Shown here: in pieces, positions 1 through 12,974 of the stretch
How the letters are laid out: the number at the start of each line of letters is the position of its first letter
Numbering within the stretch: the stretch's first letter is position 1
Origin: Octopus sinensis
Lineage: Eukaryota
Direction: 5' to 3'
NCBI RefSeq assembly: GCF_006345805.1
Contig: NC_042998.1
Location: 50,654,001 to 50,718,000 of the forward strand
DNA: 64,000 bases
The notes under the pieces: model-generated
Told to the model about the DNA's origin: nothing
The model's database searches: none
The model's input: the letters and a program-made list of their open reading frames with translations, nothing else
Made by a program: the position numbers and the translations under genes

Positions 1-21
1 TAATTTGAATGCGTAAGAAAT

Positions 22-149
22 TTCGTGTGGGCGGTAAGAAGATTGCTTCCCAACCACATTGTTGCGGGTTCAGTCTCACTGCGTGGCACCTTGGGTGAGT
101 GCCTTCTACTAAAGTCTCGTGCCGACGAAAAACTGAAAGAAGCTCGTCG

Positions 150-152
<3 letters not shown>
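22..152 (+). mobile_element. tRNA/CORE-type SINE family A, 5' fragment
   Basis: Matches head of the family seen complete at 11695-12142 (gtggtaagaag..ttcccaaccac..gggttcagtc.cactgcgtggcaccttggg); runs into (GT)n and (TATC)n. Confidence 0.75.
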
Positions 153-206
<54 letters not shown>

Positions 207-238
207 TGTGTGTGTAACTGCACGTACGCATGTTACTC

Positions 239-281
<43 letters not shown>

Positions 282-550
282 GTCTATCTATCTAGAACAA
301 ATAGTGAGGGATTATCAATCCGGGCAAAATACTCCATAAGCTCTCTGCGGGCACACTAGGCTAACAGCATTACTTAGAATAGAGAAGAACTCCAAGTAAT
401 CTTTTGGTAGGGTCCAAAGTTATGGTTCATCACAAATATTGTAAATCCGTGGATGGGCACCAGACAAACTGGTTTTTATACAGGGTGATATATAAGAAAC
501 AACTTTAAAATAATGGTCATTACATATTCTTCCTTTATTGAAGCAAATTT

Positions 551-655
551 AGCTTACAGCTGTTTCGTAACTGATAGCTTTACTCAGTTGGTTTATCGAT
601 CAACTGAGGAAAATTGAGCGACAAAAAAAAATTAATGCTACTTTCGTCAGAACCA
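551..655 (-). ncRNA. Type I hammerhead ribozyme, diverged sister copy
   Basis: Minus strand reads tggtt-CTGACGA(650-644)...GAAA-cagctg-TA-agcta; stem I closes with G-U wobbles. Confidence 0.6.
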
Positions 656-893
656 TTTCTGGTTATAACAAGCAGAGCACTGGAGGAATGGCTATTGTTT
701 GGGGGAAGGTGGGAGAAGAAGATGGAAATATTCAAGTTGAATAGAAAACAGAGGAAGACGGGTTACAGAGGAGTTGAAGTAGGTAAGGGGATGCTATAGG
801 CATCACTTACCAGAAGTAGGGACATTGTAATGCCAAATTTGGAAGAGGGACAATAGCCATTCTTCCAAGTTCTCTGCTCGTTATAACCAGAAA

Positions 894-1018
894 TGGCTCT
901 GACGAAAGTAACATTAATTTTCTTAGGTCGTTCAATTTTCCTCAGCTGAACAATAGACCAATTGAGTAAACCAATCAATAATGAACCTATAATGACTACT
1001 GGAAACAGCTGTAAGCCA
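894..1018 (+). ncRNA. Type I hammerhead ribozyme (PLE-type, palindromic stem III)
   Basis: Stem I tggct(894-898)/agcca(1014-1018); core CTGACGA 899-905; stem II agta..catta/taatg..tact; GAAA 1002-1005; stem III ACAGCTGT; predicted cleavage GUA after 1013. Confidence 0.75.
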
Positions 1019-2025
1019 AATTTGCTCCGATAAAGGAAAAATATGTAGTGACCATTACTTTTAACTTGTTTCTTATCTATCTATTTATCTATATGTGTGT
1101 GTAAAAATATACGAACAAGTATTAGTACATACCCTAACAAAGCGAGTCTGCACGTCTATACACAAACACTTGCAGGTGTAGATTCGCCGGAAGTTGTTGT
1201 TGACAAACACCAGCAGTAATTTTATTCAGCTGAATACACGTCATTGATTGATTGAAATTATCGAAATACGACAACTTTAACACGAAATAACTTTGAAAAT
1301 ATAAACTTTTCTCAACAACACTAAGAGTAAAAGATGTTTTATATGACACATTCTACCAGTGTCCGAAGTTTGAAATTGTTTAGTTATAAAAAATTAATTT
1401 CTCGACCCAAGAAGTTTTTTTAAAGAGCTGAAATTTCAAAGGATCGGCATTTTTTGTCGAGACCCGAAATGAATTCGCTTACTAGTTCCACCTTGCAAAA
1501 TTTTTCTTGGAGGTCCTGTGTGTGAGTAATAGATAGAGAGAGGTAGTATATGTGGAGTAGATATTTAGATAAAATATAGTTGAAATAGAAAGAGTGCTTT
1601 GTATAAATAATTAATGCAAATAGACGCAGCCTGTATTAGTTATACTGCTAAAACATCTTTATAGATACATTTGTATATGTTGATATGCAGGCCGTTCTCG
1701 TCCTAATGAGTTAATTCACTTCTAATTATCACTCGTTATTCGAGAGCTCATAAAGCAACTGGTATTTTCTCATAGTAATATAATAATCGTGACTTTGGTT
1801 CCAATCAAAAATTTTCAGCCAATTTCTTTTTTGAAAACGAACAAAAGAAACACAAACGAATTATTATGATTAGCAGCTAATTAAAAATCTACTCACATTT
1901 AAGCAAAAAAGGAAGAAAAGAAAGGAAATAAAAATTTCAAAATAAAACGAGAAGTATTTTTTTCACTGAAACTTTAATTAACGTTCATAGTCCATTTTTG
2001 TATTCGATTTTCAACACATCGGGTG

Positions 2026-2074
<49 letters not shown>

Positions 2075-2087
2075 TTGTTGTTGTTGT
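2026..2087. repeat. (GTT)n microsatellite
   Basis: Direct reading. Confidence 0.95.
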
Positions 2088-3140
2088 TTCTTGTTTCAGG
2101 AACGCTTAGAGAATTCTCTGCTTGCAACTTGCAACATTGTTTTCTTCGCTTCATAAATTTGCTGATGGCAAGCGAAGGTAACCTTTCTATTTCGCGTTCA
2201 TCATTTGGGTTTTGTGACTCTTAAATTTTTATTGACATTTTCTCTGTTCAAAAGCCTCCTTGAAGTCCCATGGATATAAAGTTACGAAATAAAAGGCCCT
2301 CTTCTTCCTTTTGTTTTTCATTAACATTTTCGCAAGTTATCGAATAACTCCCTCTCTAGTTAAGCTCATTATTGTGCGTTTCACGTTGATCCACTATAAA
2401 AACTTAAACATGTCAGCTGTTTGGATGACCTTTCTTTTGTTTTTGTATTTTGCTTTCATGCTTTATGCTATCTTCCTATTTCTTTCAAATTCTTCAAATT
2501 TGCAATTACGTTGGGACAATGTTTTTGCCATTCACCCTTCACGGCCTTCTCCGAAATGCTGTTCCATACAAAACAAATGAGATAAGTGGATACTTTCTGG
2601 GTGTCCTGGAATGAATTAACGAAAGATATTCTACACTTATTACCGATATTTTACCTTTTTGCAATCGTTATGTAATTATACAACTGCGATGTATTTGGAG
2701 AAACATAAAAGCTTGCATTATGGGTGAAAGTTTGTTAACATCGAAAATCGCTTGTCCAGTACTTACCACCTAATGCGTAAATGGGGGATAGTAAAGAGTT
2801 CAAGGCTTGCACGAAAGTAGTTAGTGTGTGTGTGTGTAAACTAAATCTTGGCGAAATTGCAATTGTAGCTAACAGAAAGAAAGTGATTAAAGGTGATAAG
2901 CACGAAGCTGTCTGAAGTTAACAGGAGCCGGCCTTTGCTTAAAGGTATTATGAGTTTATATATTAAAGCCGGACTAAGTTACTGAAATTAGATTCGACTT
3001 GTCTATATTCGCCTCTGATTTATCTAGTATAATGATGAATTTTTGACAGGTTAAACAAATGGATTTTTAGCGCACAATCCGAGAACAATGGAAACGAACG
3101 TAAACACTCATATTTCGGTCCTTAATCACGAATTTCTTCC

Positions 3141-3407
3141 TTATCGTTCACTCACGCATACTTCATTGCAGTGATTGCATCTAAAACACTCAAGCTCTTC
3201 CAAATCTGCGCAATAGTTCAACCTTCTTTTCTTATTCGTGGTTTTATGACGAGTATCAAATGTTTCTCGTAAAAAGCAGGCCTTAACAGATGAAATAAAC
3301 CCCTGATCCATAGGTTGAAGAGAGATTGATTTTAGCGGTAAAAAAAGAAAAAGTAATTTTAACATTTGTATGAGGATTTTGCTGAGATACTGGTTGTTTG
3401 GTTGCAT
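3141..3407 (-). pseudogene. pogo/Tigger DDE_1 transposase fragment
   Basis: FLPLKSISLQPMDQGFISSVKACFLRETF matches the Tigger FLPPNTTSxLQPMDQGVIxxFKAxY motif. Confidence 0.8.
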
Positions 3408-3613
3408 TAACGAAAATTAAAAGCACGTAGCAAGAATTTTTTTTCATTTATAATATTGTTTTATCTCAAGAATGAAAGGATGAGAAAACCAATCTCCCAA
3501 AAAGTGAAACTGTTATCCAAACCTTTTTGGGTTTTTTTCGTTTGTTTTTTCCTTATGATTATGAGAATACTTTTCGTGGTAATTTTTAGAGCCTCTGGAT
3601 TTTCTGATCTATA

Positions 3614-3831
3614 CGAGGGGATGCTGAAAAGTTCTTGGTTTCAGGTTATTGCGAAAGGCCCGGTTGGAGGCCCAACCTTCCGAATTCTTTTACAGGGCTT
3701 AGAAAAACTGAAGGGCCGTTGTAATAACTGTGTGAATCTGAGAGGGGAAATATATTGAATAGAATAATAATTAACTGATCCTCTTGTAGTTTCTTTTACC
3801 CCAAAGCCAGGAACTTTTTAGCGCCCCCTCG
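3614..3831 (+). mobile_element. mariner-derived MITE (~218 bp)
   Basis: TIRs (TA)CGAGGGGATGCTGAAAAGTTC / GAACTTTTTAGCGCCCCCTCG; retains transposase C-terminus GLEKLKGRCNNCVNLRGE. Confidence 0.8.
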
Positions 3832-4046
3832 TGAGTGAGTGTTGATTTGAGTTTGTAGTTTTCACCTGCATTACCTTCACATTAACAGTTTGATAACTTT
3901 TCGAAGTTTTTCATCAGATATAGATTACGCTTATTTCACATTGCTGTTCTTTTATGGTAATTGCTTTTCTAAAAGACTCTTGTCTCGTCCGTCATAAGCT
4001 GACATACAGTGTGTGGCGAAAAAATTATTACTACTGTTGCTTCGAT

Positions 4047-4430
4047 ATTAACTATATATATATTGGTTTCAAATTTTGGCACAAGGCCAGCAATCGACCC
4101 TAGAGTCCACTTGGTACTTATTTTATAGAAATTTAAAGTTGACCTCGGTAGAATTTTAACTCAGAATGTGAAGACGGGTGAATTGTTGTTAAGTATTTTG
4201 CCCGGCGTGGTAACGCTTCTGGCAGCTCACCGCCTTGGCCGGAAATTTCGAGGAAGGGCTAAGTCGATTATATCGACCTCAGTACTCAAATGGTACTTAT
4301 TTATCGACTCCGAAAGGATGAAAGGCAAAGTTGATCACGGCAGATTTTGAACTCAAAACGTAAAGACGGATGAAATACCCGCTAAGCATTTTGCTCGGCG
4401 CGCTTACGATTCTGCCAGCTCGTCGCCTTG
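4047..4430 (-). mobile_element. SINE family B, two partial copies
   Basis: Reverse complement of ggcgagctggcag..ttctgagttcaaat..gtcgactttgcctttcatcctttcggggtcgataaa consensus. Confidence 0.75.
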
Positions 4431-4781
4431 ATATTAGCTGTATATACATTAGCTAGAGAAATTAAGCAAATGCTAACAGTGTTTTCTTCTAATGTTTTAC
4501 TATTTTGAAATACACAAAGACCGTTAACTTCATCTTAGACATTAATTGTTTGTAACATGGCGTCACCGACCAAGTCGCAGTTTTGGGTGACGAAAATTTT
4601 GACACTCTTTTACGAACAATAAATGTTTTAAAGAAGTTTAACTTCCTTTGTGTGTTTCTGAATGGCTAGCTTGCAAATTCCACGCTGCAATCGTTTTAGT
4701 TTCAATACACGATCTTAAATCAAAACACTTGCCTTACAAGTACATCTCTGAAATGTTTTACCACTTTCTTTTTAATTATAA

Positions 4782-5172
4782 CTAGCAGTATCGCCCGGCG
4801 TTGCTCGGGTTTGTTTAGACCCTTTAGAATTGGAATTTTTGAAAAGTAAATTTTGCATTATGTAGCTTGTTATTCTCTTTAAGTGAATATTTTTTCTGGT
4901 TGAAATACACCGAAAAATGGAGACACAGCAGTCAAAAAATTGTAAAAAAAATAGGGATTTTCATAGAAAAAAAGCACCTTTTTGATGTAAATAATTTTTG
5001 GTCTTAACATGGTCCGATTTGAATTTTATCTTCTACGGAATGAAGAGAAAGCCTTCTTCTATCATACTTTCAATTTTGGCCAACTTGCGCCGCAGGGTCT
5101 CGGAGGAGATAGTGTTAGTTGAAGGCTACCAAACCTGCCATACGCAGATAACTTCAGCTTTATATTTAGAGA
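4782..5172 (-). mobile_element. Non-autonomous Helitron (~390 bp family)
   Basis: Minus strand: 5' TC-TATAT..AAAGCTGAAGTT; 3' hairpin cccgagcaacgccggg then CTAG|T; near-identical to 32035-32426, 56253-56630, 58072-58468. Confidence 0.85.
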
Positions 5173-5924
5173 AATTATAGTTTTGGCTACTGCACACCAT
5201 TCATTTGCTGTTAAAGCATTTGTCAACTTGTAAAACGTAGAAAGTTTTTTGTCGCACCCCGTATAATTTTCCTCATCAGTAATTAAATGAGTAAAATATT
5301 TTACCATGCCATGATCTGCGCTGCTGCTTCACTTTCTAAATTTATGATATGCCAGCCTGCTCTCTTCTTACAGTGTTTAAAGCATTCACCGCCTGCGGCA
5401 AGTTTCCTTGTTATCTTCTCTTTCATCATTTAGCATTGCAAAAATGGACCAGGTTTTTCTATAACTGGCAGCGCAGATAACAAGAACGTTTAATCTTTGT
5501 GTTTGATCACTAATCCATACTGTTAAAATCTCTATTTGAGGAACGATGCTATCTTCTTTATTTTGAAGCCAAGTACATTACATGGAATGCGCATTCTTAA
5601 CGCGAATCAAATATTTCTCTTTCTCGTTGAAAACTGTACAAACGATGAAAAGCTCAAAGAATATCTATCAGTGATGTTTCTACGGTATTTCCGGTATAAT
5701 GTTGTCATATAATTTTCATACTTTTGTTCAAAAGTTCTGGTTCTCCTTCTTCCTTTATTTGATGCTTTAGTCAGTTTATCGTTGTTTCTTTTGAGAATGT
5801 TGGAAAAAATATGGGTGTCAAAATATCTTAAGAAAAAACGGAGAAACGAAAAGCAAAGGAAAGCCGTGTAAGACGCATCGCTGACGTCCATTTGCTGGTA
5901 ACACTATGTAACACGACTTTTGTC

Positions 5925-6244
5925 TTTGGGGGGTTGTTTGTTGTTTGTTCGTTCTCGAGCCATGCCTGGCTCATAAGGGCCGGTTTCCCGGTTTCCTTGG
6001 CGTATAGGTTCCCCACCTGGACGGAACGCCGGTCCGTCGCAAGTGAGCTGCAAGATGCAGGAGGAAAGAGTGAGAGAAAGCTGTGGCGAAAGAGTCAGCA
6101 GAGGTTCGCCATTACCTTCTGCCGGAGCTGCGTGGAGCTTAGGTGTTTCGCTCATAAACGCACACATCCCCCGGTCTGATATTCGAACCCGCGATCCCTC
6201 GACCGCGAGTCCGCTGCTCTAACCACTAGGCCATGTGCCTCCAC
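5925..6244 (-). mobile_element. tRNA-derived SINE family D
   Basis: tRNA-like head at right end (A box, B box ggttcgaat); 3' tail shared with neighbour 6262-6498. Confidence 0.75.
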
Positions 6245-6261
6245 AATAAATGTTCCTTCTC

Positions 6262-6498
6262 AAGCCATGCCAGGCTCATAAGGACCGGTTTCCCGGTTTC
6301 AGTGGCGTAGAAATTCCCCACCTGGACGGGACGCCGGTCCATCGCAGGATTACTCATTTTTGCCAGCTGAGTCGACTGGAGCAACGTGAAATGAAGTGTT
6401 TTGCTCAAGAACACAACGCATCGCCCGGTCCAGGAATCGAAACCACAACCTTACGATCATGAGTTCAACACCCTAACCACTAAGCCACGCGCCTCCAC
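6262..6498 (-). mobile_element. tRNA-derived SINE family E (CORE/Meta/V-like central domain)
   Basis: Minus strand gtggaggcgcgtggcttagtggttagg..gtttcgattcc..ttgagcaaaacacttcatttcacgttgctccag. Confidence 0.75.
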
Positions 6499-7332
6499 TT
6501 GTCCTTGGGTACCAGCTGTTATTTCCTATTTGCTTACCCTAGAAAGTATGAAAAAAGGCTAATATTTCCTTCAAACTTTGCTTTTGTTACATTTATTCAA
6601 ACCCTAAAGAATCTCTCTGAACACATGGTCATGATGCTTCCCCACTACTCCTACACATGATCAGAGATGCTCTAATTGTCAACCATAAGGAAGATGCTCA
6701 ATTAGATAAGGTCAAGGAACTAACAAGCAAATCTGTGGTATTGAGCAGAATATTTGCTATAACGATATTTCTGCTTCTGTAACTCAGCGCTAAATCTGTC
6801 TAAAATGTAATGGAAAATAGGTCGCTTTCATAATATTGATGCCCAGCTCACAAAAGCAAAGTTTGAAGGGAATAGTAATAGTTTCCTTTAATTTCTAGAT
6901 ATAAGCAAGTAGGAAATAACACTTACTGACCAAAGACAAAAAGAAAAGTAATAATAATAATTTTGTTACACAGTGTAATTGAACTTCGCGTTGAATTAAA
7001 GTAAATAAAATAGTGACAATCGAGGAAGGCCAGGGATTACCAACTTTTGCCAACGTAACTTGACATTCAGCTCAATTGCCCGGAGTATGCATCCACCTGG
7101 GTGCCATTTTGGAGCAACACACATCGAGGTATTCATAAATTTCAAACGAAATTATTTGAATAAGGATTTTTTTCTTTTGTCTTTTAATTTTTGCCACCGA
7201 AAATTCTTTTAAAGATATAAACTCGTTAACTGGAACTTCGGAAAACCTGAACTACCTGTAATAAAGTTAGTCTCTCGTAGTCCGACAAAGACAAATCTGC
7301 AATTTTTTGCTGAACAAGCTGCAGAAATGATT

Positions 7333-7750
7333 TAGGGCTGGATTAAGACCCATCGAGGCCCTAAGCACTTAAAAGATTTTGGTGGCCATCATAAAAGATT
7401 ATGTAAATAAAAATATAAACAAATAACAAACCATAAAATAAATTTTTATTTTTCAAAACGAAACAAAACAGTAAGAGGGAAAATAATATTTATTTTTGTA
7501 TACTTCCACTTTATTTATATTTGAAAAGTTTCCTCCAACTTTTTTTAATTGCAAAGTGTTTGATCAGATCCTCAAAATTAATCTTAGGAAACACATCTGC
7601 ATCTATACTTAGTAGAGATAAAGGCATGCCGGATATTATTTTAGCAAGTTTTAAATGATTTCTTTTGTGTCGTAAATCATTTACTATTTCTGTGGTTCCC
7701 TTGATGCCCTAAGCACGTGCTTATTTTGCTTAATGGTTAATCCAGCGCTG
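7333..7750. mobile_element. hAT-like MITE
   Basis: TIR-like tagggctggattaa / ttaatccagcgctg; internal gccctaagcac near both ends; no clear TSD. Confidence 0.5.
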
Positions 7751-8062
7751 TTTATAGTGATCGAATGTATGTACTGTACATTAGCTCACACCCGCCATCA
7801 AATCGATGTTTACCTGAACAGGTGCAAGGTGTACCACGCATCAGGTGTTGAAGTGACTGCAAAGCAACGTCAAATAAAGTGTTTTGCTCTCGAGTGCACA
7901 ACGCACCACCCGGTCTAGGAATTGAAACCAGACCATTTATACCTAGGTACATAACAAAGCATACACATATTATACATATGTGCATTTGTGCATATGAGTG
8001 TATGTGTGCGTTTGTTTACCCTCATGTATGTGCATGCATGTATTTATGTATCTTTCTTTTCT

Positions 8063-8572
8063 TTTGACCCCCATCGGTCACGAATGACCATGGGATTACA
8101 CCTAGAAAGTTACCCTCCGAGGCACAAGTCTGGGCAAAGTTGTTAATGGAAGACCAGCAGTCGCCCATGCATACCAGCTTCCCCTCTCCACACTACCGAT
8201 GTTATCCAAGGGAAAGGCAAAGGCCGATACAGCTTGGCACCATTGACGTCGGAGCTCATTTCTTAACGTGCAAGTGACTGAGCACTCCACAGACACGTTT
8301 ACCCATAACGTAGTTGTCGGAGAGATTCAGCGTGACAAGGCTGGCCCTTTGAAATACAGGTACAATAGAAACAGGAAGAAAGAGTGAGAGAAAGTTGTGG
8401 TGAAAGAGTACAGCAGGGTTCACCACCACCACCTCGCCACCTGCCGGAGCCTCGTGGAGCTTTTTGGGTGTTTTCGCTCAATAAACACTCACAATGCCCG
8501 GTCTGGGAATCGAAACCGCGATCCTACGTCCGCGAATCCGCTGCCCTAACCAATGGGCCATTGCGTCTCCAC
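8063..8572 (-). mobile_element. Composite SINE (family D head plus G and F modules)
   Basis: Head as in 5925-6244; middle as in 55745-56050; tail as in 52250-52575. Confidence 0.65.
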
Positions 8573-8949
8573 ATGTATTTATGTATACATGTGTGATAAA
8601 GAGAGAGAGAGAGAGGAGGGTCTAAAATCCGCTGCTGCCACTTATTCACTCTCTATTTGTGACTTTACAGACGTTTACGGCGTTATACAAAATATGAAGA
8701 CATTAGAAATTATATCAGACTCTTAAAACTATGTTAGTGGCTTTGGCCTTTTTTAGGGTTTATTCTTGCACAGAGAATTGGTTTCGCTCGAATTCATAAA
8801 CAAGATGTTTGTGTTATCGTGCAGAAATAAACCTATCATACACTGAGGCTGAAATTCCTTTCTCTCATGCATTTGGGTTCATCCTTTCTTTCTGTTATAG
8901 ACTCTTTCTGAAACTGGGTAATCTATTTCTTATTTATTCAATGTTATAA

Positions 8950-9350
8950 TATTGGTTTCACATCTTGGCACAAGGCCAGTAACTTTGAGCGAGGGGATAA
9001 GTCGATTAGATCGACCCCAGTTTTCAACTCGTACTTATTTTATCGACACCGAAAAAAAATGAAAGGCAACGTCGACCTTGGCGGAATTTGAACTCAGCGC
9101 GTGAGAATGGACAAAATGACGCAAATCATTTTAGCTGGTATGCTAACGATTCTTTTCTACTAAAGGCACAAGGCCTGAAATTTTAGAGGAGGGGATTACT
9201 CGATGACATTGGCCCCAGTGTTTCACTGGTACTTAATTTATCGACCCCGAAAGGATGAAAGGCAAAGTCGACCTCGGTGGATTTTGAACTCTGCGCGTGA
9301 AAATAGACAAAGTACCCGATATGCTAACGATTCCGCCAGCTCGCTGCCTT
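8950..9350 (-). mobile_element. SINE family B, two tandem copies
   Basis: Two copies of the family B core. Confidence 0.75.
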
Positions 9351-9417
9351 TGTCAATGCTATAATATTCCAGTTGGATGCGAGTCATAATATCTTAGAGT
9401 TTGACTGTGCAATTTGG

Positions 9418-9550
9418 TGCTTACCAACCGCATGGTTCCGGGTTCAGTCCCACTGCATAGCACCTTGGGCAAGTGTCTTCTACTGTAGCCTCGAGCCGAC
9501 CAAAGCCTTGTGAGTGGATTTGGTAGACGGGAACTGAAAGAAGCCCGTCG

Positions 9551-9617
<67 letters not shown>

Positions 9618-9811
9618 CTGTGTTTGTCCCCCCAACATCGCTTGACAACCGATGCTGGTGTGTTTACGTCACCGTAACTTAGCGGCTCGGCAAAAGAGAC
9701 CGATAGAATAAATACTAGGCTTACAAAGAATAAGTCCTAGGGTCGGTTTGCTCGACTAAAGGTGGTGCTCTAGCATGGCCGCAGTGAAATGACTGAAACA
9801 AGTAAAGGAGT
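9418..9811 (+). mobile_element. SINE family A with internal (TA)/(GT) microsatellite
   Basis: Matches 11695-12142. Confidence 0.85.
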
Positions 9812-9874
9812 AATTATGAAAGTGAGATAAACTGAGGATAGTATTCATTTCAAAATGATGTTTTTGTCTTTGAA

Positions 9875-10845
9875 GTGGTTGTGTGGTTTAAAAGCTTGCT
9901 TCCTAACCATGTGGTCTCGGTTTCAGATACATTACAAGGTACCTTGGATAAGTATTGGGTTGTTCGGAAAGTTCGTGCCGATTTATAGTACCTTACCTTT
10001 CGACATATTTTAGAACATGGTTGAGTTCGTGAAATAGGATTTGACTACACCTTCATTTAGAACACAGTTTAAGATATCTTTTCGTGGAAAAGGTTTATGT
10101 TCCTTAAACTGTGTTAATTCTGTAACCCTTTAATATGGAAGATAAAAAAGTTCATTTTCGGCACTTGATGCTTTGGGAACCAGACAAAAATTGCCGCAGC
10201 TCGGTTGGGATGTGTTACCCCACCCTCCATATTCACCAGATATTGCTCCTTCGAATTTCCACTTATTCAGGTCTCTGCAGAATAGTCTTAATGGTAAAAA
10301 TTTCAATTCCTTGGATGACGTAAAAATATACCTTGATGAATTTTTTACCATGAAACCACCTCAGTTCTGGGAAGAGGGTATTTTCAAGTTAAAGGAAAGA
10401 TGGAGACGCATTGTGCAACAAAATGGTTCATATTTGGCTGATTAAAAATGTAATGGCAAGTATTTATTGACCTTTTTCTCTCCTTTAAAAATCGGCACGA
10501 ACTTTAAAAATCGGACGACCCAATATCATCTATTATAGCCCTGGACCAACCAAAGCCTTGTGAATGGATTTGATAGGCAGAAACTGAAAGAATCCCTTCG
10601 AATACATAAGTGTACATAATTATACGCTGTATGTCTTTGTGTTTGTATTGCGTTTGTTCCCTGCCGCCAGCGTTTCACAACGTTGTTGGTTTGTTTTTGT
10701 CCCCGTAACGTAGCGGTTTGGCAAACAGAACCGATAGAATAAGTACCAGGCTTAAAATATAAACATTGGGGTAAAATTGTTCGACAAACCCCTTCAAGGT
10801 TGTACCCCAGCATGGCCGCAGTCTAATGATAAGTAAAAGATAAAA
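9875..10845 (+). mobile_element. Old SINE family A split by a mariner insertion
   Basis: ccttggataagTA|mariner|TAtcatctattatagccc reconstitutes the SINE body. Confidence 0.7.
9955..10523 (+). mobile_element. Internally deleted mariner (569 bp) with TA TSD
   Basis: TIR ttgggttgttcggaaagttcgtgccgattt and its partner at the right end; N-terminus MEDKKVHFRHLMLWE joined to C-terminus TRQKL..HPPYSPDIAPSNFHLFRSL..G. Confidence 0.9.
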
Positions 10846-11694
10846 ATGTAGCGATGGAAATCAGCTGAGAGTAGAAGTAGTTAATATCGGTTTCCAATTT
10901 TGGTACAAGACCATCAATTTCGTGGGGTTAGTCAATTAGATTGACCCCAGTGCCCAATTGGTACAAATTTTACAAGCGCACACACACGCACACATATACT
11001 ACGGGCTTCTTTCAGTTTCCATCTACCAAATCCACTCACAAGGTTTTGATCGGCCCGAGACTGTAGCAGAAGACACTTGGCCAAGGTATCATGCGGTGGG
11101 ACTGAACACTGGAACCATACCTTATGCTGAAAAATATAGTTATTAAGGACTGTGTCATCCTCTCTTCTCTGTAATTTATTAAATGAATATTTTTTAGAAA
11201 AGAAAAGTGTTCACGCCTGTTAATACCAAACAGCCATGTCAAAAAATTAATCTCTGATCCTTGCTTTATTTAATTTATTTTTTTATTTTTATCAAATTAC
11301 TCCGGTGTCTCGGGAAAAATTCCACTTTATTAAAACGATATTCATTTAAGAAATTCCAGAACGGAAAATATGAATTAGTTCTCAAAAGTAATTTTTTTTT
11401 CAGCATAATTCTAATTAACATCAACAAAGATATGAGGAAACAAATTCGAGATGCATAAAATATGAGTGCCTTCCTCCCACATTATTTGTCTTTTTTTTTT
11501 TACACATTAAATTCCGTTATAGTCGGGAAATACACCATCTGAAAGTTATCTGTAGAAAATTTCATCAAGAAAATTACCAATTCTCTGAATGATATGCGGA
11601 AACAAATTCGTGGCGTCAGAATTACCCGAAACTATTCTCACTTTACTCAAAAACAATTTTCATAACAAATTCCAATATAATTGTAATCTATATA

Positions 11695-12142
11695 GGCGTA
11701 GGAGTAGCTGTGTGGTAAGTAGCTGGCTTACGAACCACATGATTCCGGGTTCAGTCCCACTGCGTGGCAACTTGGGCAAGTGTCTTCTACTATAGCCTCA
11801 AGGCCACGGACCGACCGAAGGCTTGTGAGTGGATTTGGCAGACGGAAACTGAAAGAAGCCTGTCGTATATATGTATGTATGTATGTATGTGTGTGTGTGT
11901 GTGTGTGTTTGTGTTGATGTGTGTGTGTGTGTGTGTGTGTGTGTCTGTGTTTGTCCCCCCAACATCGCTTGACAACCGATGCTGGTGTGTTTACGTCCCC
12001 GTAACCTAGCGGTTCGGCAAAAGTGACCGATAGAATAAGTACTAGGCTTACAAAGAATAAGTCCTGGGGTCGATTTGCTCGACTAGAGGCGGTACTCCAG
12101 CATGGCCGCAGTCAAATGACCGAAACAAGTAAAAGAGTAAAT
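11695..12142 (+). mobile_element. SINE family A, full length
   Basis: tRNA-like head, CORE-like gcaacttgggcaagtgtcttc, internal (GT)n, tail ..gactgaaacaagtaaaagagt. Confidence 0.9.
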
Positions 12143-12399
12143 GAGTATATCATCTGAGACACTTATAGAAAATTCCATTAAAAGAATACTCATTTTCCTG
12201 AAAGTTATGAGGAAGCAAAATCGCTGTGGAAAGCACGGTCGTGTAGTTATACCTCTTTACATGTGTGCGCGCGCGTGTGTGTGGGTGTGTATGTGTGTGT
12301 GTTATCAATAAGAGTATAAATTACAGAGTGACTGAAGGGCCGAGAGTTTCGTGCATTGGCTCTTATTCCTAATCAAACACCTTGGCCTTTGAGTGATTC

Positions 12400-12869
12400 T
12401 TTTACTCTTTTACTCTTTCACTATTTTACTCTTTCTCTTGTTTCTGTCATTTGACTGCGGACATGCTGGAGCACCGCCTTAAAGCGTTTTAGTCGAAGAA
12501 ATCAACTCCAGGACTTGTTCTTTGTAAGCCTAGTACTTATTTTATTGGTCTCTTATGCAGTACCACTAATTTACTGGGGCATCAACGCACCAACATCGGT
12601 TGTCAAGCGATGTTGTGGGGACAAACACCGACACAAAGAAACGCACATAAATATATACACACACACAGGCGCGCACGCACACACACACATACATATATGT
12701 ATATACAGCGGTCTTCTTTTAGTTTCTGTCTACCAAATCTCCTCGCAAAGTTTTCGTTGGCCTAAGGCTATAGTAGAAGACACTTGCCCAAGGTGCCACG
12801 CAGTGGGATTGAACTCGGAATAATGTGGTTGGGAAACAACCTTCTTACCGCCATATACAGCCACGCCTG
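12400..12869 (-). mobile_element. SINE family A
   Basis: Reverse complement of family A. Confidence 0.85.
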
Positions 12870-12974
12870 TCGATTAATAACAATAAGAAACATATATACT
12901 CATGTTTTGAGTATATATGTGTGTAAAGGAATGGTAAAGGAAACAATTATGGCACCACCACATTCATTCCATAT

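Larger units (their letters stand above)
492..1076. mobile_element. Head-to-head inverted pair of Penelope-like pLTR remnants
   Basis: 492-698 is an imperfect reverse complement of 850-1076; each arm contains a hammerhead motif. Confidence 0.7.

Noticed and set aside
25-359. ORFs rich in CVCV/IYLS/YIYI/THTH (also 14375-14705, 17449-17737, 22807-23149 and many SINE-spanning ORFs)
   Set aside because: Translations of microsatellites and SINEs, not genes.
5225-5285. CTGATGA on the minus strand as a hammerhead
   Set aside because: No GAAA/stem III; the adjacent sequence looks like a mariner TIR.
6170-6244. tRNA gene (also other SINE heads)
   Set aside because: A/B boxes are present but run into SINE bodies, with no complete cloverleaf seen.
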